From an uncultured Clostridium sp. (GTDB taxonomy: Bacteria; Bacillota; Clostridia; TANB77; CAG-508), in contig CATZPY010000004.1 in assembly GCA_958422985.1 (NCBI GenBank), forward strand, positions 1 through 61,820: a stretch of DNA of 61,820 nt. Reading direction: 5' to 3'. The first letter of the stretch is position 1, and each line of letters starts with the position of its first letter. This document shows, in pieces, positions 29,105 through 40,450 of this stretch. Under the pieces are notes generated by a model that saw nothing but the letters and a program-made list of their open reading frames with translations, was not told where the DNA came from and ran no database searches. The translations under genes and the position numbers were made by a program.

Positions 29105-30430
29105 CTATTCATTTATATTTTTAACTATTTCTTCTGCTTCCATATTAATTTCTTTTTCTTCACCAGTTTTCATGTTTTTTAATTTAATTTTATTTAGCCT
29201 AATTTCGTCGTCTCCTACAACAATTACATATGGTATTTCTAATTTATCCGCATATTTAAATTTTGCTTTTAATTTTTTATTATTTAAATAGATTTCTGTA
29301 TTTACTCCTAATTTTCTTATTTCTGTAGATAGTTTTATTGGCTCTTCTAAGTTTTCTGTTAAAGGAATAATTAAAACATCTGAAATGGATTTCTTTTCTG
29401 CTTTAATTATATTTAATTCATTTAATTTATAAAATAATCTAGTAAGCCCTATAGAAATTCCTACTCCTGGTAAACTTTTTTCTGTGTAATATTCTGCTAA
29501 ATTTTCGTATCTACCTCCAGAGCATACACTTCCTAGCTCTCTGTAATCATTTAAAAATGTTTCGTATACTGTTCCTGTATAATAATCTAATCCTCTAGCA
29601 ATTGTTAAATCCACTTTAAAATTAGCCTCTGGAACACCAAATAATCTTACATTTTTTACTACTGTTTTTAATTCTTCTAAACCTTTTTTATAAACATCAT
29701 TATCTATTCCTAAATTTTCTAATTTTTCTATCTTTTCGTCTGAAGTTCCTTCTATTTCTATAAAATCTATTATAAATCTTATTTGTTTTTCTTCTACTCC
29801 TATTTTTTGTAGTTCTTCTATTACAGCATTTTTTCCTATTTTGTCTATTTTATCTATAATTCTTAAAATTTCTGTAGAATTTTCTTTTTGATATATTCCT
29901 TCGAATAATCCATTTAAAATTTTTCTATTATTTATTTTAATTGTAAAATCTTCAAATCCTAATTCTCTAAAAAGATTGTAAATAACACTTGGTATTTCTG
30001 CATCATTTATTAAATCTAATTCTCCATCGCCTATTATGTCTATATCACATTGGTAAAACTCTCTATATCTACCTTTTTGTGCACGTTCACCTCTATACAC
30101 TTTTCCTATTTGATATCTTCTAAAAGGAAAACTTAAACTTCCATAATTTTTAGCCACATATTTAGCAAGTGGCACTGTCAAATCAAACCTTAAAGCTAAA
30201 TCATTTTCACCTTTTTGGAATCTATATATTTGCTTTTCTGTTTCTCCTCCTGCTTTTGCAAGTAGAACTTCTGCTGATTCTATTATTGGTGTATCTAATG
30301 GTAAAAAACCAAATTTTTCATATGTCTTTTGAATTTTCTCTTTCATCTGGTTAAACAATATTTGTTCATTTGGTAGTAATTCCATAAAACCAGATAATGT
30401 TCTTGGCTCTATTTTTTCCATATTTTTCAC
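29105..30430 (-). CDS. hisS: Histidine--tRNA ligase
   Basis: 441 aa. Class II motifs: RFDLTVPLARY-like, FRRYQIGKVYRGERAQKGRYREFYQCD, and GGRYENL. Confidence 0.9.
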   Translation of the reverse strand: MKNMEKIEPRTLSGFMELLPNEQILFNQMKEKIQKTYEKFGFLPLDTPIIESAEVLLAKAGGETEKQIYRFQKGENDLALRFDLTVPLAKYVAKNYGSLSFPFRRYQIGKVYRGERAQKGRYREFYQCDIDIIGDGELDLINDAEIPSVIYNLFRELGFEDFTIKINNRKILNGLFEGIYQKENSTEILRIIDKIDKIGKNAVIEELQKIGVEEKQIRFIIDFIEIEGTSDEKIEKLENLGIDNDVYKKGLEELKTVVKNVRLFGVPEANFKVDLTIARGLDYYTGTVYETFLNDYRELGSVCSGGRYENLAEYYTEKSLPGVGISIGLTRLFYKLNELNIIKAEKKSISDVLIIPLTENLEEPIKLSTEIRKLGVNTEIYLNNKKLKAKFKYADKLEIPYVIVVGDDEIRLNKIKLKNMKTGEEKEINMEAEEIVKNINE

Positions 30431-30442
30431 TCCTTATTTTAT

Positions 30443-31090
30443 TTATTCTATATTTGGTTTTGCTTCCAAATATATTGGCTTTTCATCTCCTATTCTAGTT
30501 GGTCTTCCATGCCCTGGGTATACTATTGTTTCTTCTGGCAATATTAGTAATTTCTTTATTATAGAATTCATAATATCATCAAAATTACTTGTTGGTAAAT
30601 CTACTCTGCCCCATGCACCCTTAAATAAGGTATCACCTGAAAATAACATACCTTCTTTTTTGCAATAAAGAGATGTTCCATCATTTGTATGCCCTGGTGT
30701 ATGGATAACTTTAAATTCTATTTCTCCTACATGTAAAACATCTTCATCATCTACAATAGTATCTTCTTTTACATTTAATGGTGGTATTCCAATATAGTCT
30801 GAAAGTATAGGGATGCCATTTTCTAGGTTTTCTCTTCCATTTCTATGAATTAAAACTTTACCGCCTTTGCTATTTTTTAGTTCGTTTACCCCATTAATAT
30901 GGTCTGCGTGGCAATGTGTTAAATATATATATTTTAACTTTGTATCTAAATTATTTAAAATTTCTATTATTTTTGGTACATTGCCAGCTGGATCTATTAC
31001 TATTGCTTCTTTCTTTTTTTCGTCTATAACAATATAACAATTAGTTTCTCCTACAAACTTCATTTGTACTTTTATTCTTTTTAGTATCAT
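30443..31090 (-). CDS. MBL-fold metallo-hydrolase (hydroxyacylglutathione-hydrolase-like)
   Basis: THCHADH motif. The start may instead be the internal ATG at 31063 (MKFVGETNCY). Confidence 0.85.
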   Translation of the reverse strand: MILKRIKVQMKFVGETNCYIVIDEKKKEAIVIDPAGNVPKIIEILNNLDTKLKYIYLTHCHADHINGVNELKNSKGGKVLIHRNGRENLENGIPILSDYIGIPPLNVKEDTIVDDEDVLHVGEIEFKVIHTPGHTNDGTSLYCKKEGMLFSGDTLFKGAWGRVDLPTSNFDDIMNSIIKKLLILPEETIVYPGHGRPTRIGDEKPIYLEAKPNIE

Positions 31091-31100
31091 AAAAACTCCT

Positions 31101-33305
31101 TTATTTTTTTCTTGCTACTTCGTATACGCTATCTATTTTTCTTAGTTCTTTTAATACTTTATTTAGTTCTTCTATATTTTCAACCTCTATAGTTATTTCT
31201 ATTGTTGCAATGTGCTCTTTAGTAGTTTTAGAATTTAAAGCTATTAGTTTTGTTTTTACATTACCTAAAACTTGAATAACTTCTGCTAATAAACCTGCTC
31301 TATCATTTGCAAATACAGTTATATCTACATTATAAGCTGCTGTTTCTTCTGTATACCAATAAACATCTATAATTCTGTCATCTTCTTTTAATAAGTCTTT
31401 TACATTTACACAGTCTGTTCTATGTACAGAAACTCCTCTTCCTTTTGTAATATATCCTATTATATTGTCTCCTGGTACTGGGTTACAACACTTAGACAGT
31501 TTTACTAGGCAATTGTCTATTCCTTTTACTACTACACCTGTATTAGATGGTTTTATATGTTTTCTTTTACTTGTTAGCTCTTCTATTTTTTGTTCTATAT
31601 TCTCTTCATTATGAGCTTTCCTATATTCTTCTAACATTCTAGATATAATTTTAACTTGTGATATTGCTCCAAAACCAACACTTGCATACATTTCTTCTAA
31701 ATTTTTAAATTTATATCTATCTAATGCTGCATTTACATAATCTTGCTTAAATAATTCATCATGGCTTATACCTATCCTTTTTATTTCTTTTTCTATTAAT
31801 TCTTTTCCTTTTTCTATATTTTCTGTTCTTTGTTCTTTTTTAAACCATGATTGAATTTTACTTTTTGCTTTAGTTGTTTTTATAAATTTAAGCCAATCCC
31901 TACTAGGGCCTTTTTGAGAGTCAGATGTCATAATTTCTATTATATCCCCACTCTTTAACTTTGTTATTATTGGCATCATTTTACTATTTATTTTACAACC
32001 TACCATATGGTTTCCGATTTCTTCATGAATACTGTAAGCAAAATCTATGGGTGTTGCTTCCCTTGGTAATACTAATATTTTTCCCTTAGGAGTAAATACA
32101 TATACTTCATCCTCGAATAATTCTGTTTTTAATGTATTTAAAAATTCTTGAGGATCTTTCATGTCTTGTTGCCATTCTAATGTTTCTCTAAGCCATGAAA
32201 GTTTGTCATTTGTAACTTCTACAACTTGTTTTCCTTTTTTTCCATAATTTGCTTCTTTATACGCCCAGTGTGCTGCTATACCATATTCTGCAATTCTATG
32301 CATCTCCCATGTGCGTATTTGTACCTCGAATGGAGTTCCTTTTTCACCTAATAAAGTTGTATGTATAGATTGGTACATATTAGGCTTTGGTACTGCTATA
32401 TAGTCTTTAAATCTTCCTGGCATTGGGCTATACATTTCGTGTACAACACCTAAAGCTGTATAACAGTCTTTTACAGAATTTACTAATATTCTTAATGCAA
32501 ATAGATCATAAATTTGGTCTAAAGTTTTATTATCTCTTTTCATTTTTCTATATATAGAATATAAATGTTTTGCTCTACCTGTAACTTCTGCTTCTATTTT
32601 TTGTTTTTTAAGAGCTCCTCTAATATCTCCCATTATTTTTTCTATAAATTTTAGTCTTTCTTCTCTTTTTTTGTCTATACCTGCAACTAATTCTCTATAT
32701 TCTTCTGGATATAAATATTTAAAAGCTAAATCTTCTAATTCCCATTTTAAAGAATATATACCTAAACGATTTGCAAGTGGAGCATATAATTCCATTGTTT
32801 CTTTTGCATTTGCAATTTGTCTATCTCTTCTTAAATATTTTAATGTACGCAAATTGTGTAATCTGTCTGCTAGTTTTATTATTATAACTCTAATATCTTT
32901 TCCCATTGCAAGAAACATTTTTCTGTAATTTTCTACTTGGCGTTCTTCTGTACTTGCTTGATATCTTAATTCTCCAAGTTTTGTGACTCCAGCAACCATG
33001 TTTGCAATTTCTTCTCCAAAATCTCTTACTAAATCTTCGTGTGTAACTTCTGTATCTTCTACAACATCATGTAATAATGCTGCACAAATTGTTGACTCAT
33101 CTAAACCTATATCAGCTAAAATGTAAGCAACTTGTACTGGATGTATTATATATGGTTCTCCAGATTTTCTACATTGTGTACCATGCTTTTCTTTTGCATA
33201 GTTATAAGCTTTTAATATTATTTTAGTATCTGCCCATCTTTTTTTCTGTTTTACCAAACTTATTATATCCTCTATCGTTTTATTTTGTACTTCTGACATA
33301 AGCAA
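31101..33305 (-). CDS. relA: Bifunctional (p)ppGpp synthetase/hydrolase Rel (RelA/SpoT family)
   Basis: 734 aa. HD hydrolase domain (LLHDVVEDT), synthetase domain (YQSIHT), and TGS and ACT C-terminal domains. Confidence 0.93.
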   Translation of the reverse strand: MLMSEVQNKTIEDIISLVKQKKRWADTKIILKAYNYAKEKHGTQCRKSGEPYIIHPVQVAYILADIGLDESTICAALLHDVVEDTEVTHEDLVRDFGEEIANMVAGVTKLGELRYQASTEERQVENYRKMFLAMGKDIRVIIIKLADRLHNLRTLKYLRRDRQIANAKETMELYAPLANRLGIYSLKWELEDLAFKYLYPEEYRELVAGIDKKREERLKFIEKIMGDIRGALKKQKIEAEVTGRAKHLYSIYRKMKRDNKTLDQIYDLFALRILVNSVKDCYTALGVVHEMYSPMPGRFKDYIAVPKPNMYQSIHTTLLGEKGTPFEVQIRTWEMHRIAEYGIAAHWAYKEANYGKKGKQVVEVTNDKLSWLRETLEWQQDMKDPQEFLNTLKTELFEDEVYVFTPKGKILVLPREATPIDFAYSIHEEIGNHMVGCKINSKMMPIITKLKSGDIIEIMTSDSQKGPSRDWLKFIKTTKAKSKIQSWFKKEQRTENIEKGKELIEKEIKRIGISHDELFKQDYVNAALDRYKFKNLEEMYASVGFGAISQVKIISRMLEEYRKAHNEENIEQKIEELTSKRKHIKPSNTGVVVKGIDNCLVKLSKCCNPVPGDNIIGYITKGRGVSVHRTDCVNVKDLLKEDDRIIDVYWYTEETAAYNVDITVFANDRAGLLAEVIQVLGNVKTKLIALNSKTTKEHIATIEITIEVENIEELNKVLKELRKIDSVYEVARKK

Positions 33306-33313
33306 TCCCCCTT

Positions 33314-35002
33314 CTAATAGCTTTTTCTAATGTCTTTTACATTTATTTGTATAGAGCTAAATCCATTAAAACTATTAATTTCTAATGTTCCTACAAGATC
33401 TATTTTGTCTCCAATTCTGTACTCTTCTGCCAATGAACCTATATCAAATCCTATAGCATTAATTACAAAGTTTTCATCTCTTAAAGTAAGCTTTAAATGT
33501 CTCCCTTCTGAAAGAGCTCTTATAGAATCTATTTTTAAATTCTTTATTAAAAATAATGGAACTTTATTTGACTCCCCAAAAGGCTCTAATATGCTTAGGC
33601 TTTTTATTAAATCCATATTAATATCTTTTAATTTTAATTCTTCATCTATATAAATAACTGGTTTTAATTCTTTAATATTACTTTCTTTTGCAATCTTATT
33701 AAATCTTTCTTTAAATTTCTCGAAATTTTCTTTTTTTAATGTAAGACCAACAGCCATAGAATGACCACCATATTTTTCGAGTAAATCATCACATTTTGTT
33801 AAACTTTCGTATAAATCAAATCCAGGTACACTTCTTCCTGAACCTTTTGCTATATCATCTTCAAAACTTAATAATATACTTGGTTTATAATATTTGTCTG
33901 TTACTTTAGAAGATACAATTCCAATAACACCATGATGCCAATTATTTCCTCCTACAACTATGGAATCATTTTCTTCTAAATTATTTTGTTCTATCTTTTT
34001 TACAGCTTCTTCATATATATTTTTTTCTGTAGATTGTCTTAAACTATTATAATCATTTAATTCTTTTGTAATTTCTAATGCACTTTCTAAGTTATTTGCT
34101 AAAAATAATTTTAAGGCTTCTTCTTCATGTCCCATTCTACCACAAGCATTTATTCTTGGTGCAACTCCAAATGAAATTGTATTTGAATCTATTTCTTTAT
34201 ATCCAGAACTTTTTATTAGCTCTCTTAAACCTAAGTTTTTAGTAACCTTTATTAGCATTAAACCTAGTTTTGCTATAGTTCTATTCTCACCTTCTAGTGG
34301 AACTATATCTGCTATTGTTCCTACACATACTAAATCTAAATATTTTAAATATTCTTCTTGTTTAATATCTAATTTTATAGAAATTGCCTGGATTAATTTA
34401 AATACTACTCCTACTCCTGCTAATGACCTAAATGGATATGTATTATCCTTTCTTTTAGCATCAATTACAGCTATTGCATTTGGAAGTTTTTCCCCTACTT
34501 CGTGGTGGTCTGTAACTATTATGTCCATCCCTAAATTTCTTACATATTCTATTTCATCTATTGCAGAAATCCCACAATCTACTGTTATTATTAAATCGAT
34601 TCCTTTTTCTTTTATTTTCTCTATTGCAGACTTATTTAGCCCATATCCTTCATGTAATCTATTTGGTATATATGTGTCTACAGTAATATCTCTATCTAAT
34701 AGATATTTTTTTAAGACTGTAGTACTCGTTATTCCATCTACATCATAGTCACCATAAATTAGTATTTTTTCTTTATTATTAATTGCTTTTATTATTCTTT
34801 CTACCGCTACATCCATTTCTTTAAACAAAAAAGGATCATAAAAATCTTCCCTTGTAGGATTTATAAATATTCTTACATCTTCATCTTTTATTACATTTCT
34901 ATTAACAATTATTTTTCCTATTACTTTATTTAAATTATACCTATTACATATATCATCTACTATTTTTTCATCCGAATTATAAAATTCCCATTTTTTTATC
35001 AT
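33314..35002 (-). CDS. recJ: Single-stranded-DNA-specific exonuclease RecJ
   Basis: 562 aa. DHH motifs (GDYDVDGITS, VTDHH) and a DHHA1 motif (GGHSMAVG). Confidence 0.9.
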   Translation of the reverse strand: MIKKWEFYNSDEKIVDDICNRYNLNKVIGKIIVNRNVIKDEDVRIFINPTREDFYDPFLFKEMDVAVERIIKAINNKEKILIYGDYDVDGITSTTVLKKYLLDRDITVDTYIPNRLHEGYGLNKSAIEKIKEKGIDLIITVDCGISAIDEIEYVRNLGMDIIVTDHHEVGEKLPNAIAVIDAKRKDNTYPFRSLAGVGVVFKLIQAISIKLDIKQEEYLKYLDLVCVGTIADIVPLEGENRTIAKLGLMLIKVTKNLGLRELIKSSGYKEIDSNTISFGVAPRINACGRMGHEEEALKLFLANNLESALEITKELNDYNSLRQSTEKNIYEEAVKKIEQNNLEENDSIVVGGNNWHHGVIGIVSSKVTDKYYKPSILLSFEDDIAKGSGRSVPGFDLYESLTKCDDLLEKYGGHSMAVGLTLKKENFEKFKERFNKIAKESNIKELKPVIYIDEELKLKDINMDLIKSLSILEPFGESNKVPLFLIKNLKIDSIRALSEGRHLKLTLRDENFVINAIGFDIGSLAEEYRIGDKIDLVGTLEINSFNGFSSIQINVKDIRKSY

Positions 35003-35070
35003 TCACTTTCTCCTCGTATTATACAATTTGTACAATATTGTATAACATTTCCTCTTTTTTTTAAAGAGGT

Positions 35071-35754
35071 TTACAATAATTTTATCAAACAAATTATAAT
35101 ATATAAATTTATTAAGTATAATTTAGATGATATTAATTTATAACATGTATATTTTATGCCTATGTTATTTATTTTTTCATATTCTTCTATAATTTCTTTT
35201 GTTTCTTTTACATTATGTTCTTCCAGATATTCTTTTGCAATATATTTTGCTTTTGTCATTGCTTCTATTTCTAAATAACTTCTTATTACATAAAATACCA
35301 TTGTTAAAATTAACATTATTGATGTAAATAATATGTAGTTTTTTATTACTCCTACTACTGTTAATATTGTTATTACTAACCAAAATAAGTTTAATAAATT
35401 CGTAAAAATATAGTTAAACCATAAAACATTTTTATTTTGAATTGAATGAATACATTCGTGTACTATTGTTTGAATTCTTGTAAAAAATTTTTTATCTTTG
35501 TTTAAAATAATTTTATCTGTTGCTATAAAGTAAAAACAATTTGTTTTTTCTTCTTCTTCCACTTTCACTTTTTCATTATTTAATTTTTTCAAAATTTCCT
35601 TACAAATTACTACATTATCTGGAAGTTCTTGTGTTTTTTTATTTAAGTTCTCATTTTCTGCAATTTTCATTATGTCTTTTTTATTAGTATTTAAAACTGT
35701 TTTTAATATAATTTGTGTAATTATTATTATTGTTAAAATTATTAAAAGTTCCAT
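35071..35754 (-). CDS. Hypothetical membrane protein with an HExxH motif (putative Zn-metallopeptidase)
   Basis: 227 aa. HECIHSIQ motif and several TM segments. Confidence 0.45.
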   Translation of the reverse strand: MELLIILTIIIITQIILKTVLNTNKKDIMKIAENENLNKKTQELPDNVVICKEILKKLNNEKVKVEEEEKTNCFYFIATDKIILNKDKKFFTRIQTIVHECIHSIQNKNVLWFNYIFTNLLNLFWLVITILTVVGVIKNYILFTSIMLILTMVFYVIRSYLEIEAMTKAKYIAKEYLEEHNVKETKEIIEEYEKINNIGIKYTCYKLISSKLYLINLYIIICLIKLL

Positions 35755-35798
35755 ATAACAAAATAAGGGATATACAATATATCCCTTCCCCCTTACTT

Positions 35799-36134
35799 TT
35801 ATTCTATAACATCTTTTATTGCTTCACTTATTATTTTATTTATATCTGTTACCATTACGCTAAATCTCATTTCTGATTCCAAATAATTTTTAGCCATTTC
35901 ATTTTGATATAATTCTGTATATAAATTTTGTAATTTTATACTTAATTCATTTGAATTTGTTTCACCTTTTAGCATTGCTTTTTGCATTTCTACTCTTAGC
36001 TTGTCAAATTCTTCTATTTTACTTTTTATCTCTGCATTAGATTCTATTTGTTCTCTTGAATTTTTATAAGCTTTATATTCTTCTGTTAATTTTATTTCTG
36101 ATGCTAATTTATTAGCTGTATCATATATATTCAT
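35799..36134 (-). CDS. YlbF/YmcA family regulatory protein (UPF0342)
   Basis: 111 aa, all-helical. The N-terminus MNIYDTANKLASEIKLTEEYKAYK is typical of the family. Confidence 0.65.
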   Translation of the reverse strand: MNIYDTANKLASEIKLTEEYKAYKNSREQIESNAEIKSKIEEFDKLRVEMQKAMLKGETNSNELSIKLQNLYTELYQNEMAKNYLESEMRFSVMVTDINKIISEAIKDVIE

Positions 36135-36151
36135 TGCTTAGCCTCCCTTTT

Positions 36152-37444
36152 TTAAGCATATGCATGTCTTTTTTTGAAGCTTAATAAATTTGTAATTTCT
36201 CCTTGTGTATTTTTAGCTTTCTTTGTTTTTCTAGCTTTTTCTTGTTCTAATTCTCTTCTTTGTTTTTCTGCCATTGTTTGGCATATTGCTTTTTGGTATA
36301 TAAAATGTGTGTCTTGAGCTATTTTATTCCAGTTGTATTGTGCTTTTACTTTTGCTTTAGCTGCTCTTGAAACTTCTGCACCTAAACCTGGGTTATATAA
36401 TAATTCTAATATAGAATCTGCTATTGAATTTGGATTACCTGCATAACTTTTCATTCCATTTTCTCTATGTTGTACTATTTCATTTAGCCCACCAACATCT
36501 GAAACTACAACTGGTGTTCCAGATAGCATTCCTTCTAGTGCCACAACTCCAAATGGTTCATATGTACTTGGGAATACTGCTACATCTGCACATTTATACA
36601 TTTTAGTAACTTGATTTAAATTTAAATAGCCTGTAAAGTAAACCTTGTTTTCTATGTTTAATCTTCTTACTTCATCTCTTAATTCGTCTATCATTCCGCC
36701 TTTTCCAGCTATTATTAGCTTTGAGTCATGATATCCATTTAATACTTTTGGCATTGCTGCTATTAAATTTTGTATTCCTTTTTCGTATACAAGTCTTCCT
36801 ACATAAAGAATTATTTTTTCGTTATCTGCTGCATATTGTCTTCTGAAGTTATAATCTTTTTCTACTCCATTATATAAATTTAAATTAACTCCATTTGGTA
36901 CTACATTTATTTTTTCATATGGTAATCCAAATAATCTTTGTAATTCGTTTTTCATATAATTACTATTTACTATTACTTCTGTTGATTCATATGTTAGCAT
37001 CCATTCTGTATCATTTATATATCTTTGTACTTCGTCATGTATTCCAGAGTTTCTTCCTGCCTCTGTTGCATGTATTGTTGCTATAATTGGTGTTTTAAAA
37101 GAATCTTTTAAAGTTTTCGCTGCATATGCAACTAACCAATCGTGTGCATGTATTACATCAAATGGGCCTTCTTTATTTATTATTTCTGTAGCTTTTGATA
37201 TTAAATTAAAGTTTAACTGCATTATCCAGTCTATAAAATTATTTGGATTTATCATATAGTTATTTACTCTATATACTTTAACTCCGTTATCATCTTCAAA
37301 ATCTTCTACATTTCCTTCTTTGTACGTAACTACTGTTACTTCGTGACCATCTTTTATTAATCTATGGGATAAGTCGTGTACTACCCTTGCAATTCCACCT
37401 ACTACCCTTGGTGGATATTCCCATGTTAACATTAAAATTTTCAT
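36152..37444 (-). CDS. Glycosyltransferase family 4 (glycogen-synthase-like N-terminus) with a basic C-terminal tail
   Basis: 430 aa. MKILMLTWEYPPRVVGGIARVV, FPSTYEPFGVVALEGM, and a final ~50 aa rich in K/R/E. Confidence 0.85.
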   Translation of the reverse strand: MKILMLTWEYPPRVVGGIARVVHDLSHRLIKDGHEVTVVTYKEGNVEDFEDDNGVKVYRVNNYMINPNNFIDWIMQLNFNLISKATEIINKEGPFDVIHAHDWLVAYAAKTLKDSFKTPIIATIHATEAGRNSGIHDEVQRYINDTEWMLTYESTEVIVNSNYMKNELQRLFGLPYEKINVVPNGVNLNLYNGVEKDYNFRRQYAADNEKIILYVGRLVYEKGIQNLIAAMPKVLNGYHDSKLIIAGKGGMIDELRDEVRRLNIENKVYFTGYLNLNQVTKMYKCADVAVFPSTYEPFGVVALEGMLSGTPVVVSDVGGLNEIVQHRENGMKSYAGNPNSIADSILELLYNPGLGAEVSRAAKAKVKAQYNWNKIAQDTHFIYQKAICQTMAEKQRRELEQEKARKTKKAKNTQGEITNLLSFKKRHAYA

Positions 37445-37724
37445 TTACATAAGCCCCTTTCGATATACATTTTCTTTCGTATTTTACATTTAAACATATT
37501 GGTTTATATTGTATATAACTTTTATAAAAATGTAAATAACTTTTTGTAAAATATTGTGTTTTTTTGTAGTTTTTTTATTTTTACTTTTTTCACTTTTTTA
37601 TTTTGTTATTAATATAATTTAAAAGACAATATTTTTTATAAAAAAACCTTTAAAGAAGTATATATTTTTTTGTTTTCTACATAAAATTGCTCTTTTTAGG
37701 TTATGTAATTTAGGAGGTGTTTTT

Positions 37725-39573
37725 ATGTGTGGAATTGTTGGGTTTGTAAATTATAAAAAAGATATTAAAAATCCTGTTTCTATACTTAATAAAATGAATA
37801 ATTCTACTATCAATAAATATGAAAACGAAGAAGAATCTTATATTTCTTCTCCTGTTTATTTAGCTCATAAAAAATTAGATGCAATTAGCCAAATAGATAA
37901 ATTTAAGCCTATGACGACTACATATAATGAAAATGAATATTCTATTGTATGTAGTGGTCAAATATATAACACATTAGAGATAAAAGAAATTCTTATTGAA
38001 AACGGTTTTTGTTTTAAAGCTAATTCTGATATAGAAGTTTTACTAAATGCTTTTATTTTCTATGGTTATGACATTGTAAAACATATTAATGGTAATTTTG
38101 CTTTTGCTATTTGGAATAAAAACAAAGAAGAATTATTTTTAGCTAGAGATCATTTCGGAATAAAACCTTTATTTTATACTATAACTGATGATACATTAGT
38201 TTTTGCTTCTGAATTAAAATCTATTTTTAAATTTCCTACAGTAAAAAAGACTATAGATTCTACAGGTATCTGTGAATTATTTCGGAATTGGCCCAGCACA
38301 TAGCCCTGGTACAACTGTTTTTAGAGATATTTATGAACTTAAACCTGCTCACTTTGCAATCTTCAATAAATATGGTTTATTTACACATAGGTATTGGAAA
38401 TTTGTAAGTAAACCTCATTTAGATTCTTTTAATGAAACTTGTATGAAAGTAAAATTTTTATTGGAAGATAGTATAAAAAATAATTTAGTTTCTGATGCAC
38501 CTGTTTGTTCTTTTTTATCTGGAGGATTGGATTCTAGTATAATAACTGCATATGCTAGTAAATATTGTAATGACAATGGCTTACCTCCTCTTAAAACTTT
38601 TTCCGTTGACTATTTAGACAATGACAAAAACTTTGTAAAAAGTGACTTTCAACCTAATTCCGATAATTATTATATAAATTTAATGGTAGAAAAATATAAA
38701 ACAAACCATACAAATATTATTTTAGATACTCCAGATCTAGCAAATTATTTAGAAGATGCTATGGTTGCAAGAGATGTCCCTGGCATGGCAGATGTTGATT
38801 CTTCTTTACTTCTATTTTGTAAAAATGTAACACCTTATGCTACAGTTGCTTTAAGTGGAGAATGTGCAGATGAAATTTTCGGTGGCTATCCTTGGTTCTT
38901 TAGAGATGACGCCTTAAATAGTAATACTTTTCCTTGGTCTATTGCTCTAAGCGAAAGACAACACCTTTTACACCCAGACATTGCTAAGAGAATTAATTTA
39001 AAAAAATATATAGATTTTAGATATAATGAAAGTTTAGCTAATGTAGAAATTCTAGATACTGATTCTAAAGAAACTGCTGAAAAAAGAAAAATTTCTTATC
39101 TAACTTTAAATTGGTTTATGCAAACCTTACTTGATAGATCTGACAGATGTTCTATGTATAATGGATTAGAAATACGTGTTCCTTTCTGTGATTATAGGTT
39201 AGCTGAATATGTATGGAATATTCCTTGGGAAATGAAAGCTTATAAAGGACGTGAAAAAGGGTTGTTAAGGCATATTATGAAAGATATTTTGCCAAGTGAA
39301 ATTATAAATAGAAAAAAATCTCCTTACCCAAAAACTCATAATCCTACTTATTTAAAAGCTGTAAAAAATATGCTTACAAATATTATGAATAATAGTTCCT
39401 CTCCTATTAATAATATTTTAAATAGAAATTATATTTTAGAAATATTGGAATCTGATGGATCTGCTTTTACTAGGCCTTGGTTTGGCCAATTAATGACTGG
39501 GCCTCAGCTTATGGCATATCTTTGTCAAGTTAATATGTGGCTTGAGAAATATGAGCCTAAGATTGAAATATAA
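37725..39573 (+). pseudogene. asnB: Asparagine synthetase B (glutamine-hydrolysing), interrupted by a +1 frameshift at an in-frame CGG (38283-38285)
   Basis: MCGIVGF Ntn-amidotransferase start. Frame 1 ends ...ICELFRNWPST*. The ORF 38272..39573 continues with ...FGIGPAHSPGTT...SFLSGGLDSS (PP-loop). Skipping C38283, or one T of the preceding TTT, restores ELFGIGPA. Confidence 0.85.
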
Positions 39574-39581
39574 AATGTTTT

Positions 39582-39605
39582 AGAGGTCGCAATTTGCGAC
39601 CTCTA
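39582..39605 (+). terminator. asnB terminator hairpin
   Basis: AGAGGTCGC-AATTT-GCGACCTCT, 9 nt after the stop. The T-tract is weak. Confidence 0.6.
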
Positions 39606-39721
39606 GTTTCCATATTTTTCTTACCAACCATATATAGAAAATGGTTCATTATTTAGTATATTTATCATACAATATTTATTTTATGTAACCATAATAAATT
39701 AATTTTTATAAAATCTTGCCA

Positions 39722-40450
39722 TTATATAGAGATTTTCAAATTATCTTCCCCTACAATAAAATTTTTAATATTTAAATTTAAAGCTTGTTCCTTGGTATAT
39801 TCATGCATATGTGTCGAAACTATAGTCTTATTTTTATATTTATTACACAAGTATTTTATATCTTCTACCCCCATATGTGAATCGCTCACATTTTGTGCAT
39901 GTGACATATCTAAAATTGATATGTCTGTTTTTGATACTATTTCTAAAATAGCATTACATAATTTACTGTCTCCAGAAAAGCCTATCTTTTTGTTGTTTAT
40001 ATTAACTATATATCCATACGCAGATTTAAATTTTCCATGTTCTACATATTTAGAATACGCCTCAAAATTTTTTCCTTCAATTTTACTTTCTCCATCAAAT
40101 TCAATAAACTTGACATTTATAACATCATTTATTCTATCAAAATCTCCCGGAAACCCTATATTAAATAATTCTTTTACTTTTTCTTTTGTTCCTTTTGGAC
40201 AATATATATTTACCAAATTATCATTTTTATAAAAATACCTATCGAGCATAAAAAATGGTATATCAAAAAAATGATCACCATGTAAATGTGTAATTAAAAT
40301 ACTTTCTATTTCTCCAGTATTGTAACCTAATTTTTTTATATGTTTTACTACACCATTTGGTACATCTATTAATATTTTTTTGTCAATTAAAGTAGATGCA
40401 CTCATACTTATTGCTCCAATCGATCCACTGCCAATAATATTAATTTCCAT
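39722..40450 (-). CDS. MBL-fold metallo-hydrolase (RNase Z-like)
   Basis: 242 aa, with an ITHLHGDH motif. Confidence 0.75.
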   Translation of the reverse strand: MEINIIGSGSIGAISMSASTLIDKKILIDVPNGVVKHIKKLGYNTGEIESILITHLHGDHFFDIPFFMLDRYFYKNDNLVNIYCPKGTKEKVKELFNIGFPGDFDRINDVINVKFIEFDGESKIEGKNFEAYSKYVEHGKFKSAYGYIVNINNKKIGFSGDSKLCNAILEIVSKTDISILDMSHAQNVSDSHMGVEDIKYLCNKYKNKTIVSTHMHEYTKEQALNLNIKNFIVGEDNLKISI

